NCBI RefSeq assembly: GCF_001447785.1
Contig: NW_015169174.1
Span: 585,729-649,728 of the forward strand
Source of the DNA: Gekko japonicus
Lineage: Eukaryota
DNA: 64,000 bases
Direction: 5' to 3'
The translations under genes were made by a program, and so were the position numbers. The notes beneath the pieces were generated by a model. That model saw only the letters and a list, made by a program, of their open reading frames with translations, made no database searches and had not been told where the DNA came from. This document shows positions 36,901 through 44,222 of this stretch, in pieces (the first letter of the stretch is position 1; each line of letters begins with the position of its first letter).

Positions 36901-39900
36901 GGATCCCACTGTAAATTTCCGCTCATGGAAGGGGTGTGTACTTCTCACTGCAGACCCACAGTGGGGCCCTCATGCTGTTCCTGGGAGTCCCCAGTCTTCA
37001 AAAGAGCAGCATTTTGGGGAGCAGAAGGGGGGAAGTGAGGACATCTTGGTCTGCTGACAGAAATGCCTGTCATTGGTCAAGATTTACCACAGGATCCAAG
37101 TCATTATGCTCCCTGAATCGGACCATGCTTACAGCCTGAATCTGGGAGCAAGGGTGTTGTGTTTTATACTTTGGAGCCCAGAGTGCCAAGGAGGGACCTG
37201 GCATGACCTAAATCCATTCTTCCTAGCATCCCATGTTGGCTCCTATACTTCATTCCTGCCCTACAGAGTAGGGCTTTACCCACCTGGGGTCACTTTTCCA
37301 TGGCACAGGGCCTCTACTGTTGGTTGAGCTCAAGGGGAGGGGTTGTAGCCAATGCTCCCTCTAAGCTATGGAGCCCTGTGAGCAAAATTTCTACTTTGTG
37401 AGCTACCAGCATTAAAGTTGTGAGCAGGTGATTTGGCTGCTGCATTCATTAGTTTGCTCTGGAGCCAGCCTTCCTGAGCTAAGACAAAAAATGTGTGAGC
37501 TGGAGGCTAAAAAAATGTGAACTGACTCACACTAACTCAGCTTAGAGGGAACACTGGTTGTAGCTCAGTGGTAGAACAGTTGCTTGGCATGGAGAAGGTC
37601 CCAAGTTCAGTCCCTGACCTCTCCAGTTGAAAGGTAATAGGTGATGTGGAAGACCTTTACCTGAGGCCCTGGTACCAGTCGGAGTAGACAATACTGACCT
37701 TGATAGACCCATGGACTGATTCAGCTTCACAAGTGACCTTTTTGCAGATGGCAGATCACCCCTTAAGGAAAGAGACGAGATACCCAAGTGCATCCTTCTC
37801 CTGACTCATCTATTTTTCTCTGACTGCTTTCAGAAAACACCCACACAATGTTAAGCAAAGTGCTGCTTACGGAAGAAGCCTTATCTGCCATGGTGCTGGT
37901 AATCAGCGCTGCTTGTATGTACTTAAGTCCAGAGTGAGTATTGGTTGCAGAAAAGGGCTTTTCCGGCATCCCTCCCATCTCCTAATCAACCAGTGTGTGC
38001 AGTTCCCTGTCCCAGTTTCTCTGCCTTTTCTAGACAGGGGCAGGCACTACCCTGACCTGCTAGCCAGCTTGATGCGAGTTACTGGGGTTAGGATGGGTGC
38101 TGGCAGTCTCTCTCCCTTTCCTGGGCACTTGTAGTGTGCTGTTGAGGCAGTATCCTTCCTGTTTTTCTCCATGCCAGGCTGGCTGCCCAGAGTGTCTCCA
38201 AAGCGGTGCCCCTCTTCCTAGATGGAGAGCTCTCTTTCCTCCCTGGAAACAGCTTTCCCAGCACCTTCCAGCCCTTTCAGGTGGGTTGGGTGAGTGGAGG
38301 CATGGAGGAATGTGTGCATAGAAGAATGTGGCCACTTCTTCCGGGTTCTTCAGTAGGGAAAATAATGGTGTTTCTTCCACAGGATGGGCAGCGCCCAGTT
38401 CAAACCCAGAAAAAACTTGTTGCTCTGCTCATGGCCTTTGTGTGCTCCTTACCAAGAAACGTAAGTGCTGGGAGTTGGGGAAGGGGGGTGTCATGCAGCT
38501 GAGAGAGGCTGGATCTGGCCATTCTGCATTCAGCCTGAAACGTAGGCAGCCAGTGCCGGGAGCCAGCAGATGGTGTAATTCTCCACCGCCTAGCTTGTAG
38601 GACTGCCTTTAATCTCCTCATCTTTACCCTGAGCTCTGGTTTCCCTGCAGGTGCCAATTCCTCAGCAGGACCGATTACTACGAGATCTGCTAGCCTTGAG
38701 CTGCTCCTCTGACTGTCTTTTCACTGCCACAGCCGCTGCCAAATGTTTTGCGGGCTTGGTTAACAAGCACCCAGCAGGTAACCACCGGGTGAGACAGCAT
38801 GTGTCCTAATGATGAGGCGGGAGGTAAGGCACGGCTGCGATGGATGGGAAACACCAGAGCTAGGCTGTGCTGGGCTGATGTTCTTCCTGGCTTGTAGGAG
38901 ATTATTCAGGAACAACAATCAGTCACTTTTCCTCTGCCCTTCTTAGGGCCTCAGTTAGATGAGCTCTTGGGAGCAGCCATGGACAAATTGGAACAAGGCC
39001 TGAATGAGGGTCCCCACAGAATCCAGGCTCTCACTCTGCTGCTGTGGGTAAGTCTCCGCCATTCAGCCACATTATCTCTGCTGCTAGGACAGAACTGAGT
39101 GTACTTCTCTCTTTGTGCAGGTGAGCAAGGCTTTGTTGTTGCGCTATCACCCACTAACCACACACCTGACTGACAAGGTGAGCTGAGGGAACGGAGAGCC
39201 GATAACCCTCCTCCTGCTCTCTCGGCTCATCTGATGAGCCCTCTCCTCCTCTTTTACAGCTGCTCATGCTCTTGGGAGACACGGTCCTTGGTCCGGCAGT
39301 GGGAGATGGCTTTGCCTTGCTCATGGCCGACTCTCCAGATGTGCTGGGCAAGAGTTGCCATGCTGACATGCGCCTCATGTTCCGCCAGCGCTTCTTCACA
39401 GAGTGTGTGCCACAGCTGGTGCAGGGTTTCCACACAGCTGCCCCTGGTGAGAACCTTCCTGGTTGTCTTGCCTTGTGAAATTAGAGAGCACGTTAAACAT
39501 TCAAAATGGTCTGACGTGGTCAGAGCACTCATCTTTCATCTGCAGAATTTATGAACTTCTAGTGTGATATTCCAGACCTGCTTTTTCTATTTGTAATTTT
39601 TGTTTATATCTTGGTTTTCTCCCCATGGGGACCAAAAGCAGCTTACAACACTAAAACAAGCAGGGGGAAGGGGGAAGAGGCTTCAGAAAACAAAGCAGGG
39701 CTCCCCTCTGTCTCTTTCTTCCTCTGCTGGTAGATCTTCCTCCCCACTGTAGGCTGCACCACTTCAGCACACCTAGACCTGGGATATTCAGGTGCTGCTG
39801 AATCAAGAGAACACTTGCAAGTTCCAAGTGTGCCCAGGCTTACCTCTGTGTCAGATCCCTCTTGGCAGGGTCTTCCATGCACTTGCAGGATTGAGTTTCT

Positions 39901-41590
39901 GTCTGTCTCTCTCTCTCTCCCCTAGGTGTGAAAGCAAACTACTTGAAAGGCCTCTCTCATATACTCAACCACCTGCCCAAGCCAGTCCTGGTGACAGAGC
40001 TGCCTACCGTAAGTGGGGCTAATGTGGGGGGCCAGGTCCAAGGAGTTTTTGTCTGTGATGAGTTACGTAGCTATATGGGTTGCCCACCTTTTCTTTACTG
40101 AGAGCTGCTTCTGAGTACAATAAAATATCCCCAGCTATTCTCCTCCCCACCAGCATGTTCCCACGTTTTGTTCTGTCCTAAAAATGGGGCATGGACTATA
40201 AACAGTACCAGGAATGGAATTATCACCACGCAGCACAGAGAAAACTCCTATGGAGTAAAGGTTTAAGGGGGGGGGGGAGTCTAGATCAGTCTTTTTTGTG
40301 GAATACATGAGCGATTCTGTAGCTACTGTTTGTTCATGAGCCCCCCTGGTGTTGGATACCCCCTGGTGTAGCGGAAGAATTGTGGTGTGTCCCTGACTTA
40401 TTTTTCTTATCTCCACAGTTGCTCCCCCTGTTGCTGGAAGCCCTGTCATGTTCTGACCATGTGGTCCAGCTCTCAACTTTGCACTGTCTACAGCCACTGT
40501 TGCTTGATGCGCCACTGGTTGTGAGTCTGCATGTTGATACACTTGTGGGCAAGTTCCTCACCCTAACAGACAGCCCAGCCATGGTGAGTCCCAGATGGCT
40601 GCTCCCCCTTGTGCAGCCACATAGTCTCCCTTTCCACCTTGGAAGTATCACTGATGGCTATTTTTTTGCATTGCAGGCAATTCGCATTGCTGCACTTCAG
40701 TGCCTCCATGCACTTGCTTCCTTGCCCACCCCAGTGGTAAGTGGTAGGAATGCCTGTGGGTAGTAACATGCTGGTTATTCTCCCTGGGTGGCGCATTCCT
40801 CTTCCGTGTATAGGGCTTGCGGAACCTATATCTGCTTCTGTCCTGTTGCCTTTACTTGGAGAACCTTGAGGAGGCGGGAGATGCTATAGGAGCCTCATTA
40901 ATACATCTTTCAATTTACGGCCAGGTGATCCCCTACAAGCCACGGGTGATCCGGGCACTGGCTAAACCTTTGGATGACAAGAAGCGGCTGGTACGGAAAG
41001 AAGCTGTGACAGCACGAGGAGAATGGTGAGAGCGCTGGGGGACAGCGGAGAAACTGAGGCATTACCTCTTTTACATACCCGTATGGCTAGTATCCCTCAG
41101 TGTTTAAAGCACACCCTGTACTTTAAAGAGTGGTGGACTAAATATACAGTGCAAGTGTGACTATGTGCATGCAGGAGCAGAGAGGTTTGGATTCGTGATC
41201 TGAGATTTCTCCCCCTACCCCTCTACGGTTGTCTAATCCCAGTTATTCTTGCTCTGCCAGTTTAGTGAGAGCCAGTTTGGTGTAGTGGTTAAGTGTGCAG
41301 ACTCTAATCTGGGAGAACCGGGTTTGATTCCCCACTCCTCCACTTGCACCTGCTGATGTGACCTTGGGTCAGTCATAAGCTCTGGCCCAGCTGTCCTTGA
41401 AAAAGAGCAGTTTGTGTCAGAGTTCTCTCAGCCCCACCCACCTCACAGGGTGTCTGTTGTGGGGAGGGGAAGGGAAAGGAGTTTGTAAGCCGCTCTGAGA
41501 CTCCTTTGGGTAGTGAAGGGTGGGGTATAAATCCAATCTCTTCTCTTCTTCTTCTTCTGCAGGTTTCTTCTCGGGACCCCTGGCAGGTGA
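12527..41590 (+). CDS. MMS19: MMS19 cytosolic Fe-S assembly (CIA) targeting factor, whole gene span; 31 coding exons, 3066 nt, 1021 aa
   Basis: Exons join in frame with GT-AG sites; peptides such as GFIQVMDGEKDPRNLL, EELFEVTSCYFPIDF and LDDKKRLVRKEAV match human MMS19. Confidence 0.97.
15966..16684 (+). mobile_element. Chimeric SINE-like element: Sauria/Squam1-like head, GC-rich cargo, L2-type tail, A-tail
   Basis: A box TGGCGCAGGCAG; B box GTTCGAGTCCC (16032-16042); head aligns by eye to the Sauria SINE at 57851-58185; tail TGTAAGCCGCTCTGAGAC shared with the SINE at 41267. Confidence 0.8.
16715..16851 (+). repeat. 69-bp tandem duplication (2 diverged copies)
   Basis: GGTAGAYGTATAAATAGTA...TTTCTTCAACTAAA at 16715 and 16784. 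Confidence 0.8.
18813..19002 (-). mobile_element. tRNA-derived SINE (Squam2-like family)
   Basis: Minus strand GGCTGTAGCTCAGTGGTA head; similar copies at 37334, 48335 and 49500. Confidence 0.7.
19368..19416 (+). CDS. MMS19: MMS19 exon 2 (VKAGTCTILDVVETLG)
   Basis: 49 nt; TAG|...|GTAAG. Confidence 0.93.
19595..20212 (-). mobile_element. L2 LINE 3' fragment
   Basis: ORF2 C-terminus-like IRFKLLVLTFKALYGQGPAYL...RAFSMAAPTWWNELP; (TAAA)n tail; many CpGs intact. Confidence 0.88.
23392..23597 (+). mobile_element. Squam3/MIR-like SINE
   Basis: GCCAGTGTGGTGTAGTGGTTAGAG head; core motif; AATAAATA tail. Confidence 0.75.
24081..24181 (+). CDS. MMS19: MMS19 exon 3 (SPLENADPQMRARGLQ...QEKE)
   Basis: 101 nt; AG/GT flanks; homology. 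Confidence 0.95.
24655..24870 (-). mobile_element. Squam3/MIR-like SINE
   Basis: Reverse complement of the same family. Confidence 0.7.
25172..25712 (-). mobile_element. CR1 LINE 3' end
   Basis: GLFSLEKRWLTGDMIKVYKIMHG peptide; (TTCTTATG)n tail. Confidence 0.9.
25714..25878 (+). mobile_element. CR1 ORF2 fragment in opposite orientation
   Basis: Translates to ...IDNLKTDKSPGPDGIHPRV. Confidence 0.8.
26186..26271 (+). CDS. MMS19: MMS19 exon 4 (HLVLFFENRLKDHH...LKAL)
   Basis: 86 nt; AG/GT flanks; homology. Confidence 0.95.
26779..26853 (+). CDS. MMS19: MMS19 exon 5 (SMCAALAPGLAVSVLKAIFQEVHVQ)
   Basis: 75 nt; AG/GT flanks; homology. Confidence 0.95.
27275..27597 (+). mobile_element. CR1 reverse-transcriptase fragment
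   Basis: NYRLVSLMSIPGKILEQI...KSCQTNL...LDFSKAFD (frameshifted). Confidence 0.88.
27600..27910 (-). mobile_element. RTE/BovB-like LINE fragment
   Basis: Minus-strand peptide ...VTNRFALLSSSEWEPEELCAETTDIIKKECAKT... resembles the RTE ORF linker. Confidence 0.6.
28287..28770 (-). mobile_element. L2 LINE 3' fragment
   Basis: (TAAA)n tail with GTAAGCCGCCCTGAGCC; ARAFSLAAPTYWNELP-like coding remnant. Confidence 0.8.
28982..29051 (+). CDS. MMS19: MMS19 exon 6 (SLLQLDRHTVYSIITNFMSSREA)
   Basis: 70 nt; AG/GT flanks; homology. Confidence 0.95.
29146..29274 (+). CDS. MMS19: MMS19 exon 7 (ELKSLGADFTFGFIQVMDGEKDPRNLL...)
   Basis: 129 nt; AG/GT flanks; homology. Confidence 0.96.
29499..29957 (-). mobile_element. 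Putative solo LTR
   Basis: Termini TGTTA...AATACG; 5-bp TSD CCAGA / CCTGA; minus-strand TATAAG and ATTAAA. Confidence 0.55.
30088..30149 (+). CDS. MMS19: MMS19 exon 8 (PFVEELFEVTSCYFPIDFIP)
   Basis: 62 nt; AG/GT flanks; homology. Confidence 0.96.
30350..30436 (+). CDS. MMS19: MMS19 exon 9 (PPNDPHGIQREDL...FAE)
   Basis: 87 nt; AG/GT flanks; homology. Confidence 0.96.
31013..31170 (-). mobile_element. L2 3' tail fragment
   Basis: (TAAA)n tail plus GTAAGCTGCCCTGAGCCCG. Confidence 0.7.
31216..31290 (+). CDS. MMS19: MMS19 exon 10 (FLLPLLIEKMDSDVQSAKMDSLQTM)
   Basis: 75 nt; AG/GT flanks; homology. Confidence 0.96.
31514..31591 (+). CDS. MMS19: MMS19 exon 11 (NAACMIYGQKELKDFLSSLWSSLRRE)
   Basis: 78 nt; AG/GT flanks; homology. 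Confidence 0.96.
31731..31781. other. Assembly gap (N run) in MMS19 intron 11
   Basis: N characters. Confidence 0.99.
31876..32014 (+). CDS. MMS19: MMS19 exon 12 (VFQTASERIESEG...GILQ)
   Basis: 139 nt; AG/GT flanks; homology. Confidence 0.96.
32053..32270 (+). mobile_element. Squam3/MIR-like SINE
   Basis: Head and core motifs as at 23392. Confidence 0.7.
32570..32724 (+). CDS. MMS19: MMS19 exon 13 (CRHHLCEPDMKLVWPSAKLL...KHLQ)
   Basis: 155 nt; AG/GT flanks; homology. Confidence 0.96.
33426..33504 (+). CDS. MMS19: MMS19 exon 14 (SSQHRTILEVLLGFLELRQKWGHEEE)
   Basis: 79 nt; AG/GT flanks; homology. Confidence 0.95.
33620..33745 (+). CDS. MMS19: MMS19 exon 15 (KSPLLCSKDALCSMVF...LGLLQ)
   Basis: 126 nt; AG/GT flanks; homology. 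Confidence 0.95.
34062..34143 (+). CDS. MMS19: MMS19 exon 16 (LLDLPDMD...EEDSQT)
   Basis: 82 nt; AG/GT flanks; frame continuity. Confidence 0.93.
35516..35613 (+). CDS. MMS19: MMS19 exon 17 (LAAMEAAGTLTPFYPEAFS...)
   Basis: 98 nt; AG/GT flanks; homology. Confidence 0.93.
35938..36069 (+). CDS. MMS19: MMS19 exon 18 (...CLQALAAVSTHPSIMKETVPVLLQHL...)
   Basis: 132 nt; AG/GT flanks; homology. Confidence 0.92.
36475..36670 (+). mobile_element. 5S rRNA-derived SINE
   Basis: TCTCGGAAGCTAAGCAGGG...CTTGGATGGGAGACC followed by non-5S tail. Confidence 0.8.
36711..36866 (+). CDS. MMS19: MMS19 exon 19 (...VCQSLKQMA...WYFHQAVVPCL...)
   Basis: 156 nt; AG/GT flanks; homology. Confidence 0.94.
37334..37730 (+). 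mobile_element. Squam2-like tRNA SINE interrupted by the hAT MITE
   Basis: Rejoined head GGGGAGGGGTTGTAGC|TCAGTGGTAGA. Confidence 0.7.
37350..37556 (+). mobile_element. hAT MITE (TIR CARTGYTCCCTCTAAG) nested in a SINE
   Basis: Perfect 8-bp TSD GTTGTAGC. Confidence 0.88.
37834..37933 (+). CDS. MMS19: MMS19 exon 20 (...KVLLTEEALSAMVLVISAACMYLSP)
   Basis: 100 nt; AG/GT flanks; homology. Confidence 0.93.
38178..38280 (+). CDS. MMS19: MMS19 exon 21 (LAAQSVSKAVPLFLDG...FQPFQ)
   Basis: 103 nt; AG/GT flanks; homology. Confidence 0.95.
38383..38460 (+). CDS. MMS19: MMS19 exon 22 (DGQRPVQTQKKLVALLMAFVCSLPRN)
   Basis: 78 nt; AG/GT flanks; homology. Confidence 0.95.
38651..38777 (+). CDS. MMS19: MMS19 exon 23 (VPIPQ...AAAKCFAGLVNKHPA)
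   Basis: 127 nt; AG/GT flanks; homology. Confidence 0.95.
38947..39047 (+). CDS. MMS19: MMS19 exon 24 (PQLDELL...QALTLLLW)
   Basis: 101 nt; AG/GT flanks; homology. Confidence 0.95.
39121..39177 (+). CDS. MMS19: MMS19 exon 25 (VSKALLLRYHPLTTHLTDK)
   Basis: 57 nt; AG/GT flanks; homology. Confidence 0.95.
39260..39446 (+). CDS. MMS19: MMS19 exon 26 (...MFRQRFFTECVPQLVQGFH...)
   Basis: 187 nt; AG/GT flanks; homology. Confidence 0.96.
39926..40008 (+). CDS. MMS19: MMS19 exon 27 (VKANYLKGLSHILNHLPKPVLVTELPT)
   Basis: 83 nt; AG/GT flanks; homology. Confidence 0.96.
40419..40583 (+). CDS. MMS19: MMS19 exon 28 (LLPLLLEALSC...SPAM)
   Basis: 165 nt; AG/GT flanks; homology. Confidence 0.96.
40677..40736 (+). 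CDS. MMS19: MMS19 exon 29 (AIRIAALQCLHALASLPTPV)
   Basis: 60 nt; AG/GT flanks; homology. Confidence 0.96.
40925..41025 (+). CDS. MMS19: MMS19 exon 30 (VIPYKPRVIRALAKPLDDKKRLVRKEAVTARGE)
   Basis: 101 nt; AG/GT flanks; homology. Confidence 0.96.
41267..41557 (+). mobile_element. Young Squam3-like tRNA SINE with (TCT)n tail
   Basis: Highly similar to inverted copies at 47880 and 51132. Confidence 0.9.
41563..41590 (+). CDS. MMS19: MMS19 exon 31 coding part (WFLLGTPGR*)
   Basis: Matches human C-terminus WFLLGSPGS; acceptor TGCAG; TGA stop. Confidence 0.93.
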
Positions 41591-41862
41591 AGACTTGCAC
41601 TGCCGATCCTGACTGACAATCTGACCTGTCCCCTCTCTCCCTGTTAAGGCATTGGCTTTGATGGCAGTGGGGGGGCTAGCTTTCTCTGCAAAGCAGCGAA
41701 ACCTCTTAAGGAGGAAGACTCTCCCTTTTGTGGCCTGGCAGAGTATGAATTGCAACATGCGCGTCCAGTAGGATGGAGCAGCTAGCCACAGTTCCTGCTG
41801 CAGGGCAGTAGTATGTGGAGGCACAAAGACCCAACAGGGCGCAGTGTGTGTGGGGCCAGAAG

Positions 41863-41868
41863 AATAAA
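41863..41868 (+). terminator. MMS19 polyadenylation signal
   Basis: AATAAA ~270 nt after the stop codon. Confidence 0.6.
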
Positions 41869-43714
41869 TACACCTGTTTGCTAACAACCTTGGTGGAGAA
41901 GGTGCCTGTTGTAGAGGAAGGGAGGTGGAAGAGAGTGGCCCTCTTCGTCATGCTACATTCTTAACATACTTTCGTTCTAGCAAAAGTAAAATTGTTTTTT
42001 TCTCCTTTCATGTGATGCTAGAACATAACTCACCCCTCATCAGCTTTTGAGCCAAATCTTACTTATGCATCCAAGTTGGTGTGTGTTTTGTTTTTTTTAC
42101 CCAGTTAGGTGACTCTTACAATACTGTTGTGTTTTTCTTCCCTGGGAAATACTGGCTGATGGTCATTTGAAACAGCTTCACAATTGAATAATAGGCAGTG
42201 TTTTCAGGTGGTGAGTGGGAAGAGCTGGGCTTGGGTATGTCTGAAGCTTGCTGTTGCTTCTGCCATTTCTGTTATACTGGCTGCAGAATGTGTAACCTGT
42301 TTAAAGAGACCCTAGACCGGTGGGCCCTTCTCTGTGTAGGCTCAGTATACAGGAGCAAGGCACTAGTATTATATGATAGAACTGGCAGAGGACTGATCTT
42401 CTGTGGCACTTTCCTGGATAAGTCTGGCATGCCTACCTACCCTTCTGAGGCTGCTGAACAGCATGTCAAGTCTAGTTTAAGGGATGGGGGGAGGAGAACT
42501 TTGGGCTTATATTTCAAAAAATATTACTAGTGCTAATCTGAATTTTATATATGACATAAGATACATCAGGTACACAGGACTACATTTCTTCTGCTTTGAA
42601 AAATAAATTCAAGAACACAGAGCTGCTGTAGAAGATGTGTGAGTGAAACTGCAGACCTGGCACAGGTGTGTTGGTGGAGTGTTGACAGCTGCTAGGTGTT
42701 CCACCTCAGTAATCCAGTTCATACTTTTGGCAGTGAGTGTTCCATGTTGAATCCCGCCACTTCTCATTAAAAGTCTTGGGATGTGGTGCTGGAGAAAGGC
42801 TCCCCCCCCCCATTTGAGGACTTAAGGCTGCAGGTGGAGTAAATAATACTGATATAGATCGTTATTATTTGGTCTGTTTTATATAAACGTCAGTTCTGAT
42901 AAGAGAATGACATAGAGCTGACTAGAATGTCAGGAGGGTGTCATTGAGCTGCATACATTCTGTGCTTGGAATAAGGCATGAAAGTTTGCATTTGAAAGTA
43001 CTCAGACTATTTTCAGAATATTTGAAGGGAGAGAGTACAAAGTAGGAAATTCTTCTCTTTGGAACCCTTACTAGATGGTTCTTTGTGTCTTGTTAAGTTA
43101 GTAACTCAGTTAATACAAAGATGCTGGGTCTCAAAATTAGTTAATACCACAATTATAGATGTGGGGTCATTAGATAGGGGAGTTGCAGAATGGGTACTAC
43201 TTATGGGGTAGGGATATAACCCCTCTTCACATTTTAAGTTTTAAGTGCTCAGATTCCCTGGTGGTTATACAAAGATCAGTTCTGAAAGCAACATCTTCCT
43301 TCACCCTGTTGTACAATGAGTTCCAGCTGAGTAGTGGTAGCTTACTGTGTATACACACAACTCATGAGAGAAGGAAAGACTCTTGTTTCTAGGTGTACTA
43401 CTGGGGCTAGTGTCTGTTCTTCTCAGTTAAAGGGGAAAGGAACCTGCAAAAAACAGTTGGATCAGCAATGAAAGATATCAACAGCTGCTGTATGCAACCA
43501 GCAGCTGTTAACTCTGCTTTACCATCTTATTGTCTGATAAGTGTTCATAGAGGAAAACAGGCTGTGTATCAGTCCTACAAGGCACATGTCAGCACAGTTG
43601 CATGAGCTAGAAGATCCAGCAGTTCCCTGACCAGGTTTTGCTCAACTGTTGCCATCACCCTCCTCCTTTACCCCTTTGAGACCAAGCTTAAAGACATGTT
43701 AATATTAAAATGGT

Positions 43715-43720
43715 TTTATT
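43715..43720 (-). terminator. ZDHHC16 polyadenylation signal (candidate)
   Basis: AATAAA on minus strand ~390 nt after the stop codon. Confidence 0.5.
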
Positions 43721-43800
43721 CCTAAATGTTAAAAAAATCCCTGCCTTCTTACAAGGAGAGCAGCAAGACCCTGGAATGCCAGCCTCCTTGAGAGTAAGGG

Positions 43801-43848
43801 NNNNNNNNNNNNNNNNNNNNNNNNNNNNNNNNNNNNNNNNNNNNNNNN
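43801..43848. other. Assembly gap (N run) in ZDHHC16 3' UTR
   Basis: N characters. Confidence 0.99.
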
Positions 43849-44107
43849 CTCTAGGCAGGCTAGAACGTGTGTGCTTGGGACACCAAACAGGGAGGGCAAA
43901 GGAGCATCCCTGTTGCCCTCACAGCTGCCTGCAGCTGGGGCTTCCTCCGCCTTCCTCCTCAAACCACTGGGAGCACGTCAGTGTTGATGAGCCACTGTGT
44001 AGTTCAGCCAGCCATTTTCTAAGGGAACTTTCTGCTATGCTTCTCCATGGAAGTAAGGTGTAGCTTACAATCTTCCACACATTTGTACAGTGTGCCTCTT
44101 GTTCAGT

Positions 44108-44222
44108 TCATATTGCTAGGAGCGCAGTCTTCTGTTCAGGAACACAGGGAGCAGTATCCCAGTTCAATCCAGATCCCTTGGGTGGATGAGTGGAGGGCAA
44201 CAGAACTCTGGTGACCCAATGC
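44108..44222 (-). CDS. ZDHHC16: ZDHHC16 last coding exon (HWVTRVLLPSTHPPKGSGLNWD...LLAI*)
   Basis: 115 nt to TGA; homology. Confidence 0.95.

Noticed and set aside
39231-39259. CTGATGA hammerhead or snoRNA-like box
   Set aside because: No GAAA partner or stems; it is the branch and pyrimidine region of MMS19 intron 25
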